A stretch of 64,000 nt of DNA from an uncultured candidatus Porisulfidus sp. (GTDB lineage: Bacteria; Pseudomonadota; Gammaproteobacteria; Poriferisulfidales; Poriferisulfidaceae): assembly GCA_965116025.1 (NCBI GenBank), contig OZ220480.1:1954985-2018984 (forward strand), written 5' to 3'. Positions within the stretch are counted from its first letter, which is position 1, and each line of letters begins with the position of its first letter. The notes below the pieces were generated by a model. That model was not told where the DNA came from. It did no database searches and saw nothing but the letters and a program-made list of their open reading frames with translations. The position numbers and the translations under genes are program-made. This document shows positions 1-12,388 of the stretch, piece by piece.

Positions 1-1701
1 CAAACCCGTGGTACGCTTGCGATGCTTGCCCAATGGGTATCTTGGGCCGCACGCCAACAATTTCAGCAAGCCCGAACGGAACAGCTGATCACGCTCGGGT
101 CGGCACCACTGCATGTGCCCGAGTTTCGCGCTGTCGTGCTTGGGCAACTAGGTGAGCAACGGTTGGATGTGGCCATAGCCGCCGACCTAGCGAGTCCCAC
201 GGCGCATGCCCGAGCTCTAGATATCGATACTCGGGGACCAATCAGGGACATACATCAGCGGGTGGGAGCGGCCATTCTCTTCGAGTCTTCTGGAGGACAA
301 GTAGACAAAGTGGCTCACTTGCCCGAACTGCGTTTCGCCCTTGGTGAACCCGAAATCGAAACCACAACCATTGATAACGCTGCGGGGGCATTAGAAGCAT
401 CAGGGTTCTTCATCCGCAAAGTCGGAACGGATGGTTTCCGCATCCACCATCAAGCGACCTTGAAAAAAGTTGTTAACGACCGTCGTGCCACGCTTGACGA
501 AGAAACAGAAATTCGGCCTGTAATTCGTAAATTAGTGGAAGAGGAATTCACCCGAGGTGCCAATCTTCCGGTTATACCCTTCCCTGATGACGGCGCAACT
601 ATCCAAGATGCGCCACGTCTGATACTGGTCCTCGTCGACCCAGAAGCGGAATGGGAACTCGGTGGGAAAACAGCAAAAAAAATCGAACGATGGACCAAAG
701 AGAGAGGAACTTCGCCAAGGCTGCATCCTGCGTCCTTGGTCTGGTGTGCCAAAAAACCAGGGCGGGAACTCAAGAATCGCGTCGAGATGTGGCTTGCTTG
801 GCGACGAGTCTCTTTGGATGTCGCGGAAGGTGTGCTCGGGACGGAATTTGGTCGCGCTGATCAAAACGAATTGCAGTCCAAAGTCAGAGATGCCGAAAAT
901 GCCGCGAGAGACGAAGTATGGGCCAGCTATCGATTCGTCGCTCTCGCCGATGCCAGAGCCGAATCCGGACTTAAAATGATTGATCTTGGAGCCGGGCATA
1001 GTAGCGCGAGTGAAACACTCTGCGGAAGGGTGTTAACCGCGCTCAAGACCGAAGCCCTGCTAAGTGAAACCATCGGTGCTGGTTACCTCGACCGGCATTG
1101 GCCACCAGCATTCAAGGAGACCGGCGCTTGGCCACTAACCAGCCTGCGGCAAAGCTTTCTCAACGGCTCCCTGACTCGGCTCATTGATCCCGATACCGCC
1201 CTGCGGCAAAAGATCGTTGAATTCGTCGAGAAAGGAGATTTTGGGCTCGCTTCGGGAACACTGGCAAGCAGCCAATACGAACATCTATGGTACATGGAGC
1301 CAGTCGAGGCTGAGGAGGTCGCTTTCGAGAAAAATGTCTTCCTGTTAACCAAAGCACGAAGCGAGGAATTGCGAATGCCAGTAGCACCAGAGCCAAAGCC
1401 ATATTCTGTAACGCCACCACCGTCCACACCTGATCCTGGCAGCGTGGATGAATTCGAATCAGAGACTAACATGTCTGATGAGCCTGTTCAATTACGTGTG
1501 CATGGAACCATACCCCCAGAACTGTGGAATCGCCTCGGCACAACGGTCATTCCAAAACTCCGCTCCGGTGATGAGCTGAAAACGCAAGTAGAAGTCAGCG
1601 TCAAAGTTGCCGCGCCCATGGCGGCAGCCTTACAGACGGATATCCAGCAAACCCTGACCGAGTTAAATCTTGATGGCCAAGTAAGTGTTGAGTGCTCTTG
1701 A
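1..1701 (+). CDS. C-terminal part of a DUF499-type AAA+ ATPase (defence-island protein); 5' end lies outside the window
   Basis: Reading frame appears open from the window edge. Sequence (AILFESSGGQ, LPELRFALGEPE, VWASYRFV, W-P-A-F, GDFGLA, C-terminal GTIPPELWNRLGTTVIPKL) resembles DUF499 ATPase C-terminal regions. GC is lower than the flanking core genes. Confidence 0.7.
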   Translation, partial: QTRGTLAMLAQWVSWAARQQFQQARTEQLITLGSAPLHVPEFRAVVLGQLGEQRLDVAIAADLASPTAHARALDIDTRGPIRDIHQRVGAAILFESSGGQVDKVAHLPELRFALGEPEIETTTIDNAAGALEASGFFIRKVGTDGFRIHHQATLKKVVNDRRATLDEETEIRPVIRKLVEEEFTRGANLPVIPFPDDGATIQDAPRLILVLVDPEAEWELGGKTAKKIERWTKERGTSPRLHPASLVWCAKKPGRELKNRVEMWLAWRRVSLDVAEGVLGTEFGRADQNELQSKVRDAENAARDEVWASYRFVALADARAESGLKMIDLGAGHSSASETLCGRVLTALKTEALLSETIGAGYLDRHWPPAFKETGAWPLTSLRQSFLNGSLTRLIDPDTALRQKIVEFVEKGDFGLASGTLASSQYEHLWYMEPVEAEEVAFEKNVFLLTKARSEELRMPVAPEPKPYSVTPPPSTPDPGSVDEFESETNMSDEPVQLRVHGTIPPELWNRLGTTVIPKLRSGDELKTQVEVSVKVAAPMAAALQTDIQQTLTELNLDGQVSVECS

Positions 1702-2202
1702 TCCAAGTAGATCACATAGGAAAAGGCTTTGAGCCAATCAACTCCCTTGAAGCCAATCAGCCATCAACGTCGTGGGAACGAGTCTGCGTATTGCCAACCA
1801 TATCGATGAACTGGCTGAGGCCGTCGTTCCCTGCCAATTTTCCTTCTCGTAGAGAATCGCGTCAAGCCTCGTATTTTCCACTCCGCACCCGCATCTCTCG
1901 GCACGTACCGGGCCGCCAGATCAGCAAAGGTCTGCGCCATCCGACCAACCCTCGCCCGATGACTGCCGGGCTAACAATCAATATCGCAATCGTCGCCGCC
2001 GAAGAGCCAAGCGAGACCGAAAACAATAGCGAGAAATTTCCACATAGCGAAAGCGTTTATCCAAATAGCCGAATCAGAAGCAATCACTTCGCGAAGCGCG
2101 CCTCGTCTCCCAATGCCAGACCGTTTTTGGGCCTAACGCACTTGCATTTTACCAAACGCTCATAATCCTTGTCGCGGCCAGCCTACCGCCAAGGAAAGAA
2201 AC

Positions 2203-2436
2203 ATGACGGAAACCGAACTTCTGAGCCACGTCACCTCGCGGCCCGATATTTTCGGCGGCAAGCCGATCATACGCGGCATGCGAATCGCGGTGGAGCATGT
2301 CTTGGCCAATCTGGCGGCGGGAGAGACGGCCAAGGATTTGCTGAAAGACTATCCATTCCTTGAGGCGGAAGATATCCAGGCATGCTTGCTCTTCGCCCAG
2401 CGCTCGCCGGCGCCCTCTCATCGCGCGAAGACCTGA
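2203..2436 (+). CDS. DUF433 family protein (antitoxin-like HTH)
   Basis: Typical motif P-D-I-F-G-G-K-P-I-I-R-G-M-R-I-A-V...L..YP.L..EDI.A.L. AAGGAAAG RBS upstream. Confidence 0.9.
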   Translation: MTETELLSHVTSRPDIFGGKPIIRGMRIAVEHVLANLAAGETAKDLLKDYPFLEAEDIQACLLFAQRSPAPSHRAKT

Positions 2437-2840
2437 TCTGGATCGCGGAACGCCTTGAACTCCAGCATGTTGCCAGACGGGTCGCGCGCGAACGCGGTCG
2501 CCTGCTCCCCAGTCTCTCCCTGAAAGCGGACGGTCGGCTCCAACTCGAAGGCCACGCCGCAGGCGCGCATGCGATCCACCAGCTCCTCCCACCGCTCCCA
2601 TTCCAGAATCAGCCCGAAATGGGGCACGGCGATCTCCTCCCCATCGACCGAATTACGGATCTCATCCCGGGCCGCGTCACGCCGATGCGCCGTGATCTGG
2701 TGTCCCATCAAGTCGAAATCGATCCACGTCTCGGACGACCGTCCGATGCGACACTGCAGCACCCCGGCGTAAAAGGCTTCCGCCGAGGACAGATCATCGA
2801 CCGCGATCGCCAGATGAAACCGCGGATGTCCCGCGCTCAT
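2418..2840 (-). CDS. VOC/glyoxalase-family protein
   Basis: FHLAIAVDDL, WIDFDLMGHQ, VPHFG and DPSGNMLEFKAF motifs. Confidence 0.88.
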   Translation of the reverse strand: MSAGHPRFHLAIAVDDLSSAEAFYAGVLQCRIGRSSETWIDFDLMGHQITAHRRDAARDEIRNSVDGEEIAVPHFGLILEWERWEELVDRMRACGVAFELEPTVRFQGETGEQATAFARDPSGNMLEFKAFRDPDQVFAR

Positions 2841-3517
2841 CCGCGCACCGGATGCCGCAGGTAGGCCGGCTGGGCCTCTCCGAAACTCGCCGTCCGCCCC
2901 GCCTGAAAATCCCGCGACGCGAGATCCAGGACCGAACGCGCGTCAGGTCGCATTCCGGGCGCGACGGCCCGTCCCGCTTTGGCGATCTCGCGCATGCCGG
3001 GCAGGTCCCAGCCGGACCCCGCGCCCAGCCAGCCTCCAGGCAACGAGGACAGTCGCGCGCGAAGTTCGGATGGCGGCGACAGCGATTCCGGATGCAGCTC
3101 TGAAATCTCGTCGTCGTCCACCTCGAACATCGCCCAGTAAACCTCGTCCAAACGCGCGTCCACCGCCACCAGCGCCGGCGAGATCCGGCGATCGCGCCAT
3201 GCTCCTTGGGCCAACGCCGCCAGCGAGGACACCGGCAGCAGAGGAAGGCCACGGGCGACCGCCATCCCCTGCGCCAGCGCGGTGGCGACGCGCACGCCGG
3301 TGAACGTCCCCGGGCCACGACCGAACGCCACCGCGTCCAGATCCTCCGCCGTCGCGTCCGCCTCGCGGAGCAACTCGTCCACCTGTCCCAAGATATGCCG
3401 GGTATGCTCCCGCGGCGTGATCCGGTCGCGCGCAACGACGCTCCCGCGCGCGGCCAAGGCCACCGAGCACAACTCGGTGGACGTCTCCAACGCCAGCGTC
3501 ACCAGGCCGTCGCTCAC
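2837..3517 (-). CDS. tsaB: tRNA threonylcarbamoyladenosine biosynthesis protein TsaB
   Basis: LALETSTELCSVAL, GRGPGTFTGVR, DARLDEVY and P.YLR motifs. GTG start at 3517 overlaps the yoaA stop (GTGA). Confidence 0.93.
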   Translation of the reverse strand: MSDGLVTLALETSTELCSVALAARGSVVARDRITPREHTRHILGQVDELLREADATAEDLDAVAFGRGPGTFTGVRVATALAQGMAVARGLPLLPVSSLAALAQGAWRDRRISPALVAVDARLDEVYWAMFEVDDDEISELHPESLSPPSELRARLSSLPGGWLGAGSGWDLPGMREIAKAGRAVAPGMRPDARSVLDLASRDFQAGRTASFGEAQPAYLRHPVRG

Positions 3518-5439
3518 GCGACCCGCTCCCGCAAAAACGCCAGCGTCTGGTCCAGATCGGAACTGACCGGCATGTCCGGCAGACTGGCCCGGAGCTGGCG
3601 ACCGTACCATTTGCTTCGCAGACGCGGGTCGGCGATCACGGCCACGCCCTGATCCGTCACGCTACGGATCAGCCGGCCCACGCCTTGCTGCAGCATCAGC
3701 GCGGCCCGCGGCAGCTGCAACTGGCGGAACGGGTCGCCACCCGCCGCGCGAACCGCGTTCTCGCGGGCCCGGTAGAGCAGGTCCGTGTGCGAGGTGAACG
3801 GAATCTTGTCGATGATCACGCAACTGAGCGCCGGGCCGCGGATGTCCACGCCCTCCCAGAATCCGATCGATCCGAGCAGCACCGCGTCCGAGCGCTCCGC
3901 GAAACGCTCCAGCAGCTTCCGCCGCGGCGCCTCACCTTGCCGGAGCAGCGCGCAGTCGATTCGCCCTTCCAACCACCGTCCGGCCTCCTCAAGCGCGCGC
4001 AGACTAGTGAACAGCAAGAACGTCCGGCCGCGCAATTGCTCGATCAACGGGAGCACGCTCTCGAGCATGGCCTCGTTGTAACCAGGTTCGCGCGGGTCCG
4101 GCAGATCTGGAGGAAGGTACAGCCGCGTCCGCTCCCGGAAATCGAATGGACTGTCGAGCCGCAAGGTCTCGGTGTTCTCGTCCAGGCCCAGCTTGCGCAG
4201 GAAGTAGTCGAAGTCTCCCCCGACCGACAGGGTCGCGGAGGTGAGCACCCAGCGCGGCGCGTACCGCGCCCGCGCCTGCGCGAACATGTCGCTGATGTCG
4301 ACCGGCGTCTGGTGCAAGGAGAATCCCTGCCGGGTGAGCGTCAAGTATTCGCAGCAGTCCGCCTCTCCGCTCGGCCATCCGTCCAGGTCCTCCACCGCTC
4401 GCGCGCAACGCTCGGCGAGCTTCTCCATTTCCGGGTCGTCCGCGCTTCGGCTTTCGAGCTCTTCGCGCAAGGCTTTCAGTTCCGTCAGCAACGGCTTCGC
4501 CCATTCGGGAAAGTCCGGCGGCGGCGGAACGCGCTCGCCCAGCGCCTCGCCGCTCAGCCGGGCGCGGGTCCGGTCGATCACCTGCCGCGTGGCGCGCCGC
4601 GTGGCGCGCGCGCCCGAGACCAGCGCCGGGCCCTCCTCCGGCGCACGACGACCCGCCGCCTCCACGTCGCGGCACAATTGCTGGATCTTGGCGGTGCCCA
4701 ACTGGTGGCTCCAGAAGACTTCCAGCGCCTCAGCCAGCCGATGCGCCTCATCGAACACCAGCACGTCGAACTCCGGCAGCAGCTCGCCGAGCGAGTCCTC
4801 GCGCAACGCGAGGTCCGCCGCGAACAGGTGGTGGTTGGCCACCACCAGATCGGCCCGCCTCGCCCGCTCGCGGGCCCGAACCACGAAGCAGTCCTCGTAG
4901 TCTGGACACTTCTTCCCGAGGCAGTTCTCCAGCGTCGACGTGATGGCCGGGACGATCTCGTCGTCTTCCGGCAGGTCCATTTCCGCGAGATCGCCGTCGC
5001 GAGTCGTCTCCGTCCAGTTCCGCAGCGCTCGCGTTCGCTCGTCCTCGCCGCGTCCCAAAGTTCCGTCCACGTGAATTCGGTAGCGATGAAGGCACAGATA
5101 GTTGGCGCGACCTTTCAACAAGCATACCCTGGGGGCGGCGCCGTCGGCCGCCCGAAGCGCGACCGGAAGATCCTTCTGAAACAACTGGTCTTGCAGGTGG
5201 CGGGTGCCCGTGGCGATCAAGGTCTTGCGCCCGAACGCCAGCGCGGGCATCAGATAGGCGAGCGTCTTGCCGACCCCGGTGCCGGCCTCCACGGCCAGCG
5301 CGCGCTCCCTGCGCATCGCTCCCCACACGGCCATGGCCATATCCTCCTGCTGCGCGCGCGGATGGTAGTCGAGAATCTCCCGAGCCATCCGCCCATCCTC
5401 GCCGAAGCAAGCCTCCGCGTCGAACTCCCGCGTCGACAC
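3514..5439 (-). CDS. yoaA: DinG-family ATP-dependent DNA helicase YoaA
   Basis: EAGTGVGKT Walker A, KGRANYLC, Fe-S cysteines, DEAH, FWEGVD and QGVGRLIR motifs. Adjacent to tsaB as in other Gammaproteobacteria. Confidence 0.92.
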   Translation of the reverse strand: MSTREFDAEACFGEDGRMAREILDYHPRAQQEDMAMAVWGAMRRERALAVEAGTGVGKTLAYLMPALAFGRKTLIATGTRHLQDQLFQKDLPVALRAADGAAPRVCLLKGRANYLCLHRYRIHVDGTLGRGEDERTRALRNWTETTRDGDLAEMDLPEDDEIVPAITSTLENCLGKKCPDYEDCFVVRARERARRADLVVANHHLFAADLALREDSLGELLPEFDVLVFDEAHRLAEALEVFWSHQLGTAKIQQLCRDVEAAGRRAPEEGPALVSGARATRRATRQVIDRTRARLSGEALGERVPPPPDFPEWAKPLLTELKALREELESRSADDPEMEKLAERCARAVEDLDGWPSGEADCCEYLTLTRQGFSLHQTPVDISDMFAQARARYAPRWVLTSATLSVGGDFDYFLRKLGLDENTETLRLDSPFDFRERTRLYLPPDLPDPREPGYNEAMLESVLPLIEQLRGRTFLLFTSLRALEEAGRWLEGRIDCALLRQGEAPRRKLLERFAERSDAVLLGSIGFWEGVDIRGPALSCVIIDKIPFTSHTDLLYRARENAVRAAGGDPFRQLQLPRAALMLQQGVGRLIRSVTDQGVAVIADPRLRSKWYGRQLRASLPDMPVSSDLDQTLAFLRERVA

Positions 5440-5441
5440 GG

Positions 5442-5918
5442 TCAGTCGATGTCCTCGAGCAACGCCACGGCATGCGCGGCGACGCCCTCGCCCCGACCCA
5501 GCGCGCCGAGGCCCTCATGCGTAGTCGCCTTGAGGTTGACCCGCTCCTCGTCGATCCGCAACAGACGCGCCAAGGACCGGAGCATGGTCTCGCGGTGCGG
5601 AGCGAGACGCGGAGCCTGCGCGATCACCGTGACGTCGACGTTGGAGACGCGCAACCCGCGCGCGTGGATCTTCCGCAACACGTCGCGCAGCAAGTCGCCG
5701 CTGGCGGCATCGCGGTAGCGGGGATCGTGGTCTGGAAAGTGCTGGCCGATATCGCCAAGTCCAGCCGCCCCCAGCAAAGCGTCCATCAGCGCATGCAGCG
5801 CCACGTCGCCATCGGAGTGCGCCACCACCGCGCGGTCGTGCGCGACGCGCTCGCCACAGATCCAGAGACCGTCTCCGGCAGTCAGGGCATGAACGTCATA
5901 GCCGTGTCCAATACGCAT
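5442..5918 (-). CDS. ispF: 2-C-methyl-D-erythritol 2,4-cyclodiphosphate synthase
   Basis: MRIGHGYDVH, HSDGDVALHA, GDIGQHFPD and KATTHEGLG motifs. Confidence 0.97.
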   Translation of the reverse strand: MRIGHGYDVHALTAGDGLWICGERVAHDRAVVAHSDGDVALHALMDALLGAAGLGDIGQHFPDHDPRYRDAASGDLLRDVLRKIHARGLRVSNVDVTVIAQAPRLAPHRETMLRSLARLLRIDEERVNLKATTHEGLGALGRGEGVAAHAVALLEDID

Positions 5919-6609
5919 GATCCGGATCCTGTCGCAAAATCGCTTCCGCCCGGGCGAGGTCCCCGGGCCACGTCACCTTAATATTATCCTCGCGCCCGAC
6001 GACCAACCGCGGGAAGCGGCCGCAATGCTCCATCGCCCGCGACTCGTCGGTGATCTCGACGCCATCGTCCAACGCCGCGCGCAGGCATCGACTCAGCTCC
6101 TCCATCTCGAACAGTTGCGGCGTCTGCGCTCGCCACAGGCCACGCCGATCCTCGCTCGCGGTGACCCTCCCCTCCTCGGCGCGCTTGAGGCTGTCCGTCA
6201 CCGGAACCGCGAGCAGAGCTCCGGGCGCGTCGGCCTCGCGCAGCAATCTCTCGACGTCCGAGCGCCACACGCACGGGCGCGCGACGTCGTGCACCAGCGC
6301 CCAAGCCCGATTCCCGACGCGCTCGAGCATGGCTTCCAGCCCGCGCAACACGGTCTCCGCGCGGCTCGCGCCTCCAGACATCTCCCGGAACTCCACCTCC
6401 GGCGGCAATGGCGGAGGAGCGCCGCCGAGCGCGGACTCCGGGAGGAGCAGAGTAACGCTGCGCACCATCGGGGCGCACATCGCCAGCGGCCGGAGCGCGT
6501 AGTCCAGAATTCGCCGCGTCCCGAGCGGCGCGTTCCACTTGGCCCCGCCGAAGCGCTCGCCTCGACCGCCTCCCGCCAAGATCGCGTGCACCTCCCGCGC
6601 GTCGTCCAT
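5896..6609 (-). CDS. ispD: 2-C-methyl-D-erythritol 4-phosphate cytidylyltransferase
   Basis: LAGGGRGERFGG, GGASRAETV, LVHDVARP, AQTPQLF and NIKVTWPGDL motifs. Start taken as ATG 6609; the longer ORF runs upstream through ftsB and eno in another frame. Confidence 0.93.
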   Translation of the reverse strand: MDDAREVHAILAGGGRGERFGGAKWNAPLGTRRILDYALRPLAMCAPMVRSVTLLLPESALGGAPPPLPPEVEFREMSGGASRAETVLRGLEAMLERVGNRAWALVHDVARPCVWRSDVERLLREADAPGALLAVPVTDSLKRAEEGRVTASEDRRGLWRAQTPQLFEMEELSRCLRAALDDGVEITDESRAMEHCGRFPRLVVGREDNIKVTWPGDLARAEAILRQDPDHAYWTRL

Positions 6610-6617
6610 CGGCGGGC

Positions 6618-6944
6618 TCACGGAGTCCCGGGCGCCGCGAGCGTGGACGACTCGGGCGGGCGCTCTTCCAGGTCGGGGCCGACTAATTGATAAAACGCCT
6701 CGTCCTCCCGGACCATGCCGAGGCGGTCGCGCGCCAGTCCCTCGATCCCTTCCAGCCCGGAACGCAACTCTCGCAGTTCCGCCGACAAGACACGGTTGCG
6801 CTCGGCCAATTCGCCATTCTCCTCTTTCAGCCGCCGAACCTCGCCCATTTGGTCCCACAAGCTCAGCAAGCCGCCGTCGCCGGCCACCAGCAGATACAGC
6901 AGACCCGCGAGCGACGCCATCATCAGCCAGTTCCACGCGCGCAT
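6618..6944 (-). CDS. ftsB: Cell division protein FtsB (septum formation initiator)
   Basis: N-terminal TM helix, coiled coil and IEGLARDRLGMVREDEAFY. Conserved eno-ftsB-ispD-ispF order. Confidence 0.9.
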   Translation of the reverse strand: MRAWNWLMMASLAGLLYLLVAGDGGLLSLWDQMGEVRRLKEENGELAERNRVLSAELRELRSGLEGIEGLARDRLGMVREDEAFYQLVGPDLEERPPESSTLAAPGTP

Positions 6945-6962
6945 CGCGGGAAGCCCGAGAGA

Positions 6963-8291
<1,329 letters not shown>

Positions 8292-8318
8292 TCATTGTAC
8301 CGAAAGAGGAGCGGTCGC

Positions 8319-8636
8319 TCATGACCAGTCCGAGTCTCGAGCGCGGAGACGCCGCCACCAGCGCCCAATCCGCCGGCCGCGATCGCCCGCCTCGCGCTTC
8401 GCCCGGTCTAGCAACCGCTTGGCCCAAGGAAACTCTGTGGCTAGCGCCGCCAACCCGATCAGAATCACCGCCAGTCCTGGCCCCGGCGTGACCAGCATGA
8501 TCATTCCTACCAGCGTCACTCCAGCGCCGACGACCAGCACGATCAAACGTCGCAGGCCAGCGATCACCGGCTCCTCGCGATGGTCGGCGCCAGCGATCCG
8601 CGCGGCCAAGCGTCGCAGGGGAACCAGCAGCTTCAC
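8319..8636 (-). CDS. PGPGW-domain small membrane protein
   Basis: GMIMLVTPGPGLAVILIGLAALATEFPWA signature. GTG start at 8636 follows the dcd stop. Confidence 0.8.
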   Translation of the reverse strand: MKLLVPLRRLAARIAGADHREEPVIAGLRRLIVLVVGAGVTLVGMIMLVTPGPGLAVILIGLAALATEFPWAKRLLDRAKREAGDRGRRIGRWWRRLRARDSDWS

Positions 8637-8638
8637 GC

Positions 8639-9205
8639 TCAGGCCCGCGGCAAGGTGACGCCGGTTTGCTTCTGGTACTTGCCTCCCCGATCCGCGTACG
8701 AGGTCTCGCAGAGCTCGTCCGTCTCGAAAAAAACCAGTTGCGCCACCCCCTCGTTGGCGTAAATCTTGGCCGGCAGCGGCGTCGTGTTGGAGAACTCCAG
8801 GGTGATGTGGCCCTCCCACTCCGGCTCCAATGGAGTCACGTTGACGATGATCCCGCACCGGGCGTAGGTGGACTTTCCGAGGCAGATCGCCAGCACCGCG
8901 CGCGGCACCCGCAGGTACTCGACGGTGCTGGCCAGGGCGAAGGAATTCGGTGGGATTATGCACACCTCGCCCTCGTAGTCCACGAAGCCGTCCTCCGCGA
9001 AGCGCTTCGGGTCCACCATCGCGGAATTAATGTTGGTGAATATCTTGAAATGCGTGGAGCAACGGACGTCGTAGCCGTAGCTGGAGGTGCCGTAGGAGAT
9101 GACCCGCCGGTCCCGGGAGCGACGCACCTGGGTCGGCTCGAACGGCTCGATCAGGCCCTCCCGCTCGGCCATGCGCCGGATCCAGCGGTCCGACTTGACT
9201 CCCAC
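8639..9205 (-). CDS. dcd: dCTP deaminase
   Basis: [29 protein letters not shown] and GKYQ motifs. Confidence 0.97.
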   Translation of the reverse strand: MGVKSDRWIRRMAEREGLIEPFEPTQVRRSRDRRVISYGTSSYGYDVRCSTHFKIFTNINSAMVDPKRFAEDGFVDYEGEVCIIPPNSFALASTVEYLRVPRAVLAICLGKSTYARCGIIVNVTPLEPEWEGHITLEFSNTTPLPAKIYANEGVAQLVFFETDELCETSYADRGGKYQKQTGVTLPRA

Positions 9206-9206
9206 G

Positions 9207-10295
9207 TCAGTCGTTCTGGATGACGATGCGCGGGAATTTGGCGCTGTAGTCTTTCGCCCGCTCCGCCAGCCGCGCGGCCGCGCGGCGCGCGATGTCCCGG
9301 TAGATCTGGCTGATCCGGGAGTCCGGATCCGCGATCACGGTCGGCTTCCCGCCGTCGGTCTCCTCCCGGATGCGCCGGTCCAGCGGCAACTGTCCGAGCA
9401 GCTCCACGTCGTTCTCGCGCGCCAGGCTCTCGCCGCCGCCGGAGCCGAAGATCGGCTCCTCGTGGCCGCACTGGTTGCAGATGTGCAGGCTCATGTTCTC
9501 CACCACGCCCAGCACCGGCACCTCGACCTTGCGGAACATCTTGAGTCCCTTGCGCGCGTCCAGCAACGCGATGTCCTGCGGCGTGGTCACGATGATCGCC
9601 CCGCTGACGGGAATTTTCTGCGCGAGCGTCAGTTGCGCGTCGCCCGTGCCTGGCGGCAGATCCACCACCAGGTAGTCCAGCCCGCGCCAGCGCGTGTCGC
9701 CGAGCATCTGCTCGAGCGCCTGGGTCACCATCGGGCCGCGCCAGATCATCGGCGTCTCCTCGTCGATCAGGAATCCGATCGACATGGCCTGCAGGCCGTG
9801 GCTCTCCATCGGCTCCAGGCTCTTTCCGTCTCTCGACTCCGGCTGCCCGGAGACGCCCAGCATCCGCGGCTGGCTCGGTCCGTAGATGTCCGCGTCCAGC
9901 ACGCCGACCTCGGCGCCCTCCTCGGAAAGCGCCAGCGCCAGATTGATCGCCGTGGTGGACTTGCCGACGCCGCCCTTGCCGGAGGCGACCGCCAGCACGT
10001 TCTTGACGCTCTCCATCGGCTTGAGGTTCTTCTGCACCGAATGCGACTCGATCTCCCACCTCACGTCGACCTCGACGCGCTCGCCGCCATCCAGCCGCGC
10101 GAGGCGCGCCCGCGCGGCCCGCTCCAGCTCGTCGCGGACCCCCCGGGCTGGATAGCCGAGCCGGATCTCGACCCGGGCCGAGTCGCCGTCCACCACCACG
10201 TCCTTGAGCGCCCGCGCCGCCACCAGGTCCTTGCCGGTCCCGGGGTCCTTCACGTCCTTGAGCGCGCTCTCTATTCGCTCCTTGCTCAGCGCCAT
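9207..10295 (-). CDS. apbC: Mrp/ApbC Fe-S cluster carrier ATPase
   Basis: [32 protein letters not shown] and ENMS..CxxC motifs. Confidence 0.96.
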   Translation of the reverse strand: MALSKERIESALKDVKDPGTGKDLVAARALKDVVVDGDSARVEIRLGYPARGVRDELERAARARLARLDGGERVEVDVRWEIESHSVQKNLKPMESVKNVLAVASGKGGVGKSTTAINLALALSEEGAEVGVLDADIYGPSQPRMLGVSGQPESRDGKSLEPMESHGLQAMSIGFLIDEETPMIWRGPMVTQALEQMLGDTRWRGLDYLVVDLPPGTGDAQLTLAQKIPVSGAIIVTTPQDIALLDARKGLKMFRKVEVPVLGVVENMSLHICNQCGHEEPIFGSGGGESLARENDVELLGQLPLDRRIREETDGGKPTVIADPDSRISQIYRDIARRAAARLAERAKDYSAKFPRIVIQND

Positions 10296-10387
10296 CGCGG
10301 TCTCTCCTCGCCTCGAAATTCTTCCCGTCCGCTTTCCATTATACGGGCGCGGCCGCTACAATGGCGCGGCGAACCGCCTCTCGTCCA

Positions 10388-12388
10388 ATGCCCTCTCCAC
10401 GCCGCATCCTGGTCACCAGCGCCCTGCCCTACGCCAACGGGCCGATCCACCTGGGCCACCTGGTGGAGTATCTGCAGACCGACATCTGGGTTCGATTTCA
10501 GCGCTCGCGCGACGTGGAATGCTCCTACGTGTGCGCCGATGACGCGCACGGCACGCCGATCATGCTGCTCGCGCGCGAGCGCGGGATCAGCCCCGAGCGA
10601 CTGATCGAGGAGATCGGGCGACAGCACCGCGCCGACTTCTCCGATTTTCTGATCGAGTTCGACCAGTATCACAGCACGCACAGCGAGGAGAATCGCCAGC
10701 TGGCGCGCAGCGTCTTCCAGACCCTGTCCGAGGCCGGGCACATCCGCCGCAAGACGATCTCGCGGTACTTCGACCCCAGCGCCGGGATGTTCCTTTCCGA
10801 CCGCTACCTGCGCGGCACCTGCCCGCGCTGCGGCGCCGAGGAGCAGTACGGGGACGCCTGCGAGCGCTGCGGCGCGACGTACGACTCGAGCGAGCTGGTC
10901 AACCCGCGCTCGACGCTCAGCGACGCGCCCCCCGAGCTTCGGGAGACCGAGCATCTGTTCTTCCGCCTCGGCGACTTCGCCGAGACGCTCCGGAGCTGGG
11001 CCGAGCGCGGCGGCGTGCAACCGGAGATCAAGAACAAGCTCGACGAGTGGTTCGAGGCCGGGCTGCGCGACTGGGACATCAGTCGGGACGCGCCATACTT
11101 CGGCTTCGAGATCCCCGACGCGCCAGGGCAATATTTCTACGTCTGGCTCGACGCGCCGATCGGCTACATGGCCAGCCACCTGCGCCTATGCCGGGAGCGG
11201 GGCCTCGATTTCGACGACTACTGGCGCGCCGACAGCGAGACCGAGCTGTACCACTTCATCGGCAAGGACATCGCCTACTTCCACACCCTGTTCTGGCCCG
11301 CCCTGCTGCGCGGCGCCGGATACCGGTTGCCGACCGCGGTGTGGTGCCACGGCTTCCTCACCATCAACGGCGAGAAGATGTCGAAGTCCACCGGCACCTT
11401 CATCGAGGCGCGCGCCTACCTGCGTCACCTCGACCCGGAGCACCTGCGCTACTACTTCGCCACCAAGCTGTCGCCCGCCATCAGCGACATCAACCTGAAC
11501 CTGGACGACTTCGTCGCGCGCGTCAACAGCGACCTGATCGGCAAGGTCGTGAACATCGCCAGCCGCTGCGCCGGCTTCATCGAGAAGCGGTTCGGCGGAC
11601 GGCTCGCGAAGCGGCTTCCGGACCCCGCCCTGTTCTCGGAGTTCGCGGCGGCGGCGGACGGATTGGCCGAGCGCTACGAGACGCGGAGCTTCTCCCAAGC
11701 CATGCGCGAGATCATGGCGCTGGCCGACCGCGCCAACCAGTACGTGACGCGGCAGAAACCCTGGGAGACGGCGCGCGCGGAGGCCACCCGCGAGCGGGCC
11801 TGGGAGGCATGCACCCAAGGCATCAACCTGTTCCGCACGCTGATCGTCTACCTGAAACCCGTGTTGCCCACGCTCGCCGCCAAAAGCGAGGCCTTCCTCG
11901 ACTCCGGCCCGCTCGACTGGGAAGCCTGCCAAACGCCTCTTCTGGACCGCCCGATCCGACCGTTCGCCCCTCTCTCCACCCGAATCGATCCGAAAGACGT
12001 TCGCGCCATGGTCGAGGAAACCAAGGCCGCCAGCGCCCCTCCGAGGCCAGAAGCCGCGCGTCCCGACTCCATCCCGTATGAAGACTTCGCCAAGATTGAT
12101 CTTCGGGTCGCCCGAATCGAGGAAGCGCGCGAGATCAAGGGCGCCGACCGACTGCTGGCGCTGACTCTGGACCTGGGCGACGGGCGCCGTCAGGTGATCG
12201 CCGGCATCCGCTCCTCCTACGCCCCGGAGCGCTTGCTCGGACGATTGGTCGTGGCGGTCGCCAACCTGGAACCGCGACGGATGCGCTTCGGCACGTCCGA
12301 AGGCATGATTCTGGCCGCTGGCGACAACGAGGGCATCTGGCTGCTGAGTCCAGACGAGGGCGCCCGTCCCGGCATGAAGATTCGGTGA
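10388..12388 (+). CDS. metG: Methionine--tRNA ligase
   Basis: [13 protein letters not shown] (HIGH), zinc knuckle, KMSKS and a C-terminal tRNA-binding OB domain. Divergent from apbC. Alternative start at 10361. Confidence 0.98.
   Translation: MPSPRRILVTSALPYANGPIHLGHLVEYLQTDIWVRFQRSRDVECSYVCADDAHGTPIMLLARERGISPERLIEEIGRQHRADFSDFLIEFDQYHSTHSEENRQLARSVFQTLSEAGHIRRKTISRYFDPSAGMFLSDRYLRGTCPRCGAEEQYGDACERCGATYDSSELVNPRSTLSDAPPELRETEHLFFRLGDFAETLRSWAERGGVQPEIKNKLDEWFEAGLRDWDISRDAPYFGFEIPDAPGQYFYVWLDAPIGYMASHLRLCRERGLDFDDYWRADSETELYHFIGKDIAYFHTLFWPALLRGAGYRLPTAVWCHGFLTINGEKMSKSTGTFIEARAYLRHLDPEHLRYYFATKLSPAISDINLNLDDFVARVNSDLIGKVVNIASRCAGFIEKRFGGRLAKRLPDPALFSEFAAAADGLAERYETRSFSQAMREIMALADRANQYVTRQKPWETARAEATRERAWEACTQGINLFRTLIVYLKPVLPTLAAKSEAFLDSGPLDWEACQTPLLDRPIRPFAPLSTRIDPKDVRAMVEETKAASAPPRPEAARPDSIPYEDFAKIDLRVARIEEAREIKGADRLLALTLDLGDGRRQVIAGIRSSYAPERLLGRLVVAVANLEPRRMRFGTSEGMILAAGDNEGIWLLSPDEGARPGMKIR

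Noticed and set aside
1692-2165. 157-aa ORF after the DUF499 gene
   Set aside because: No recognisable motif, Ser/Pro/Arg-rich composition and no RBS; probably non-coding or eroded.
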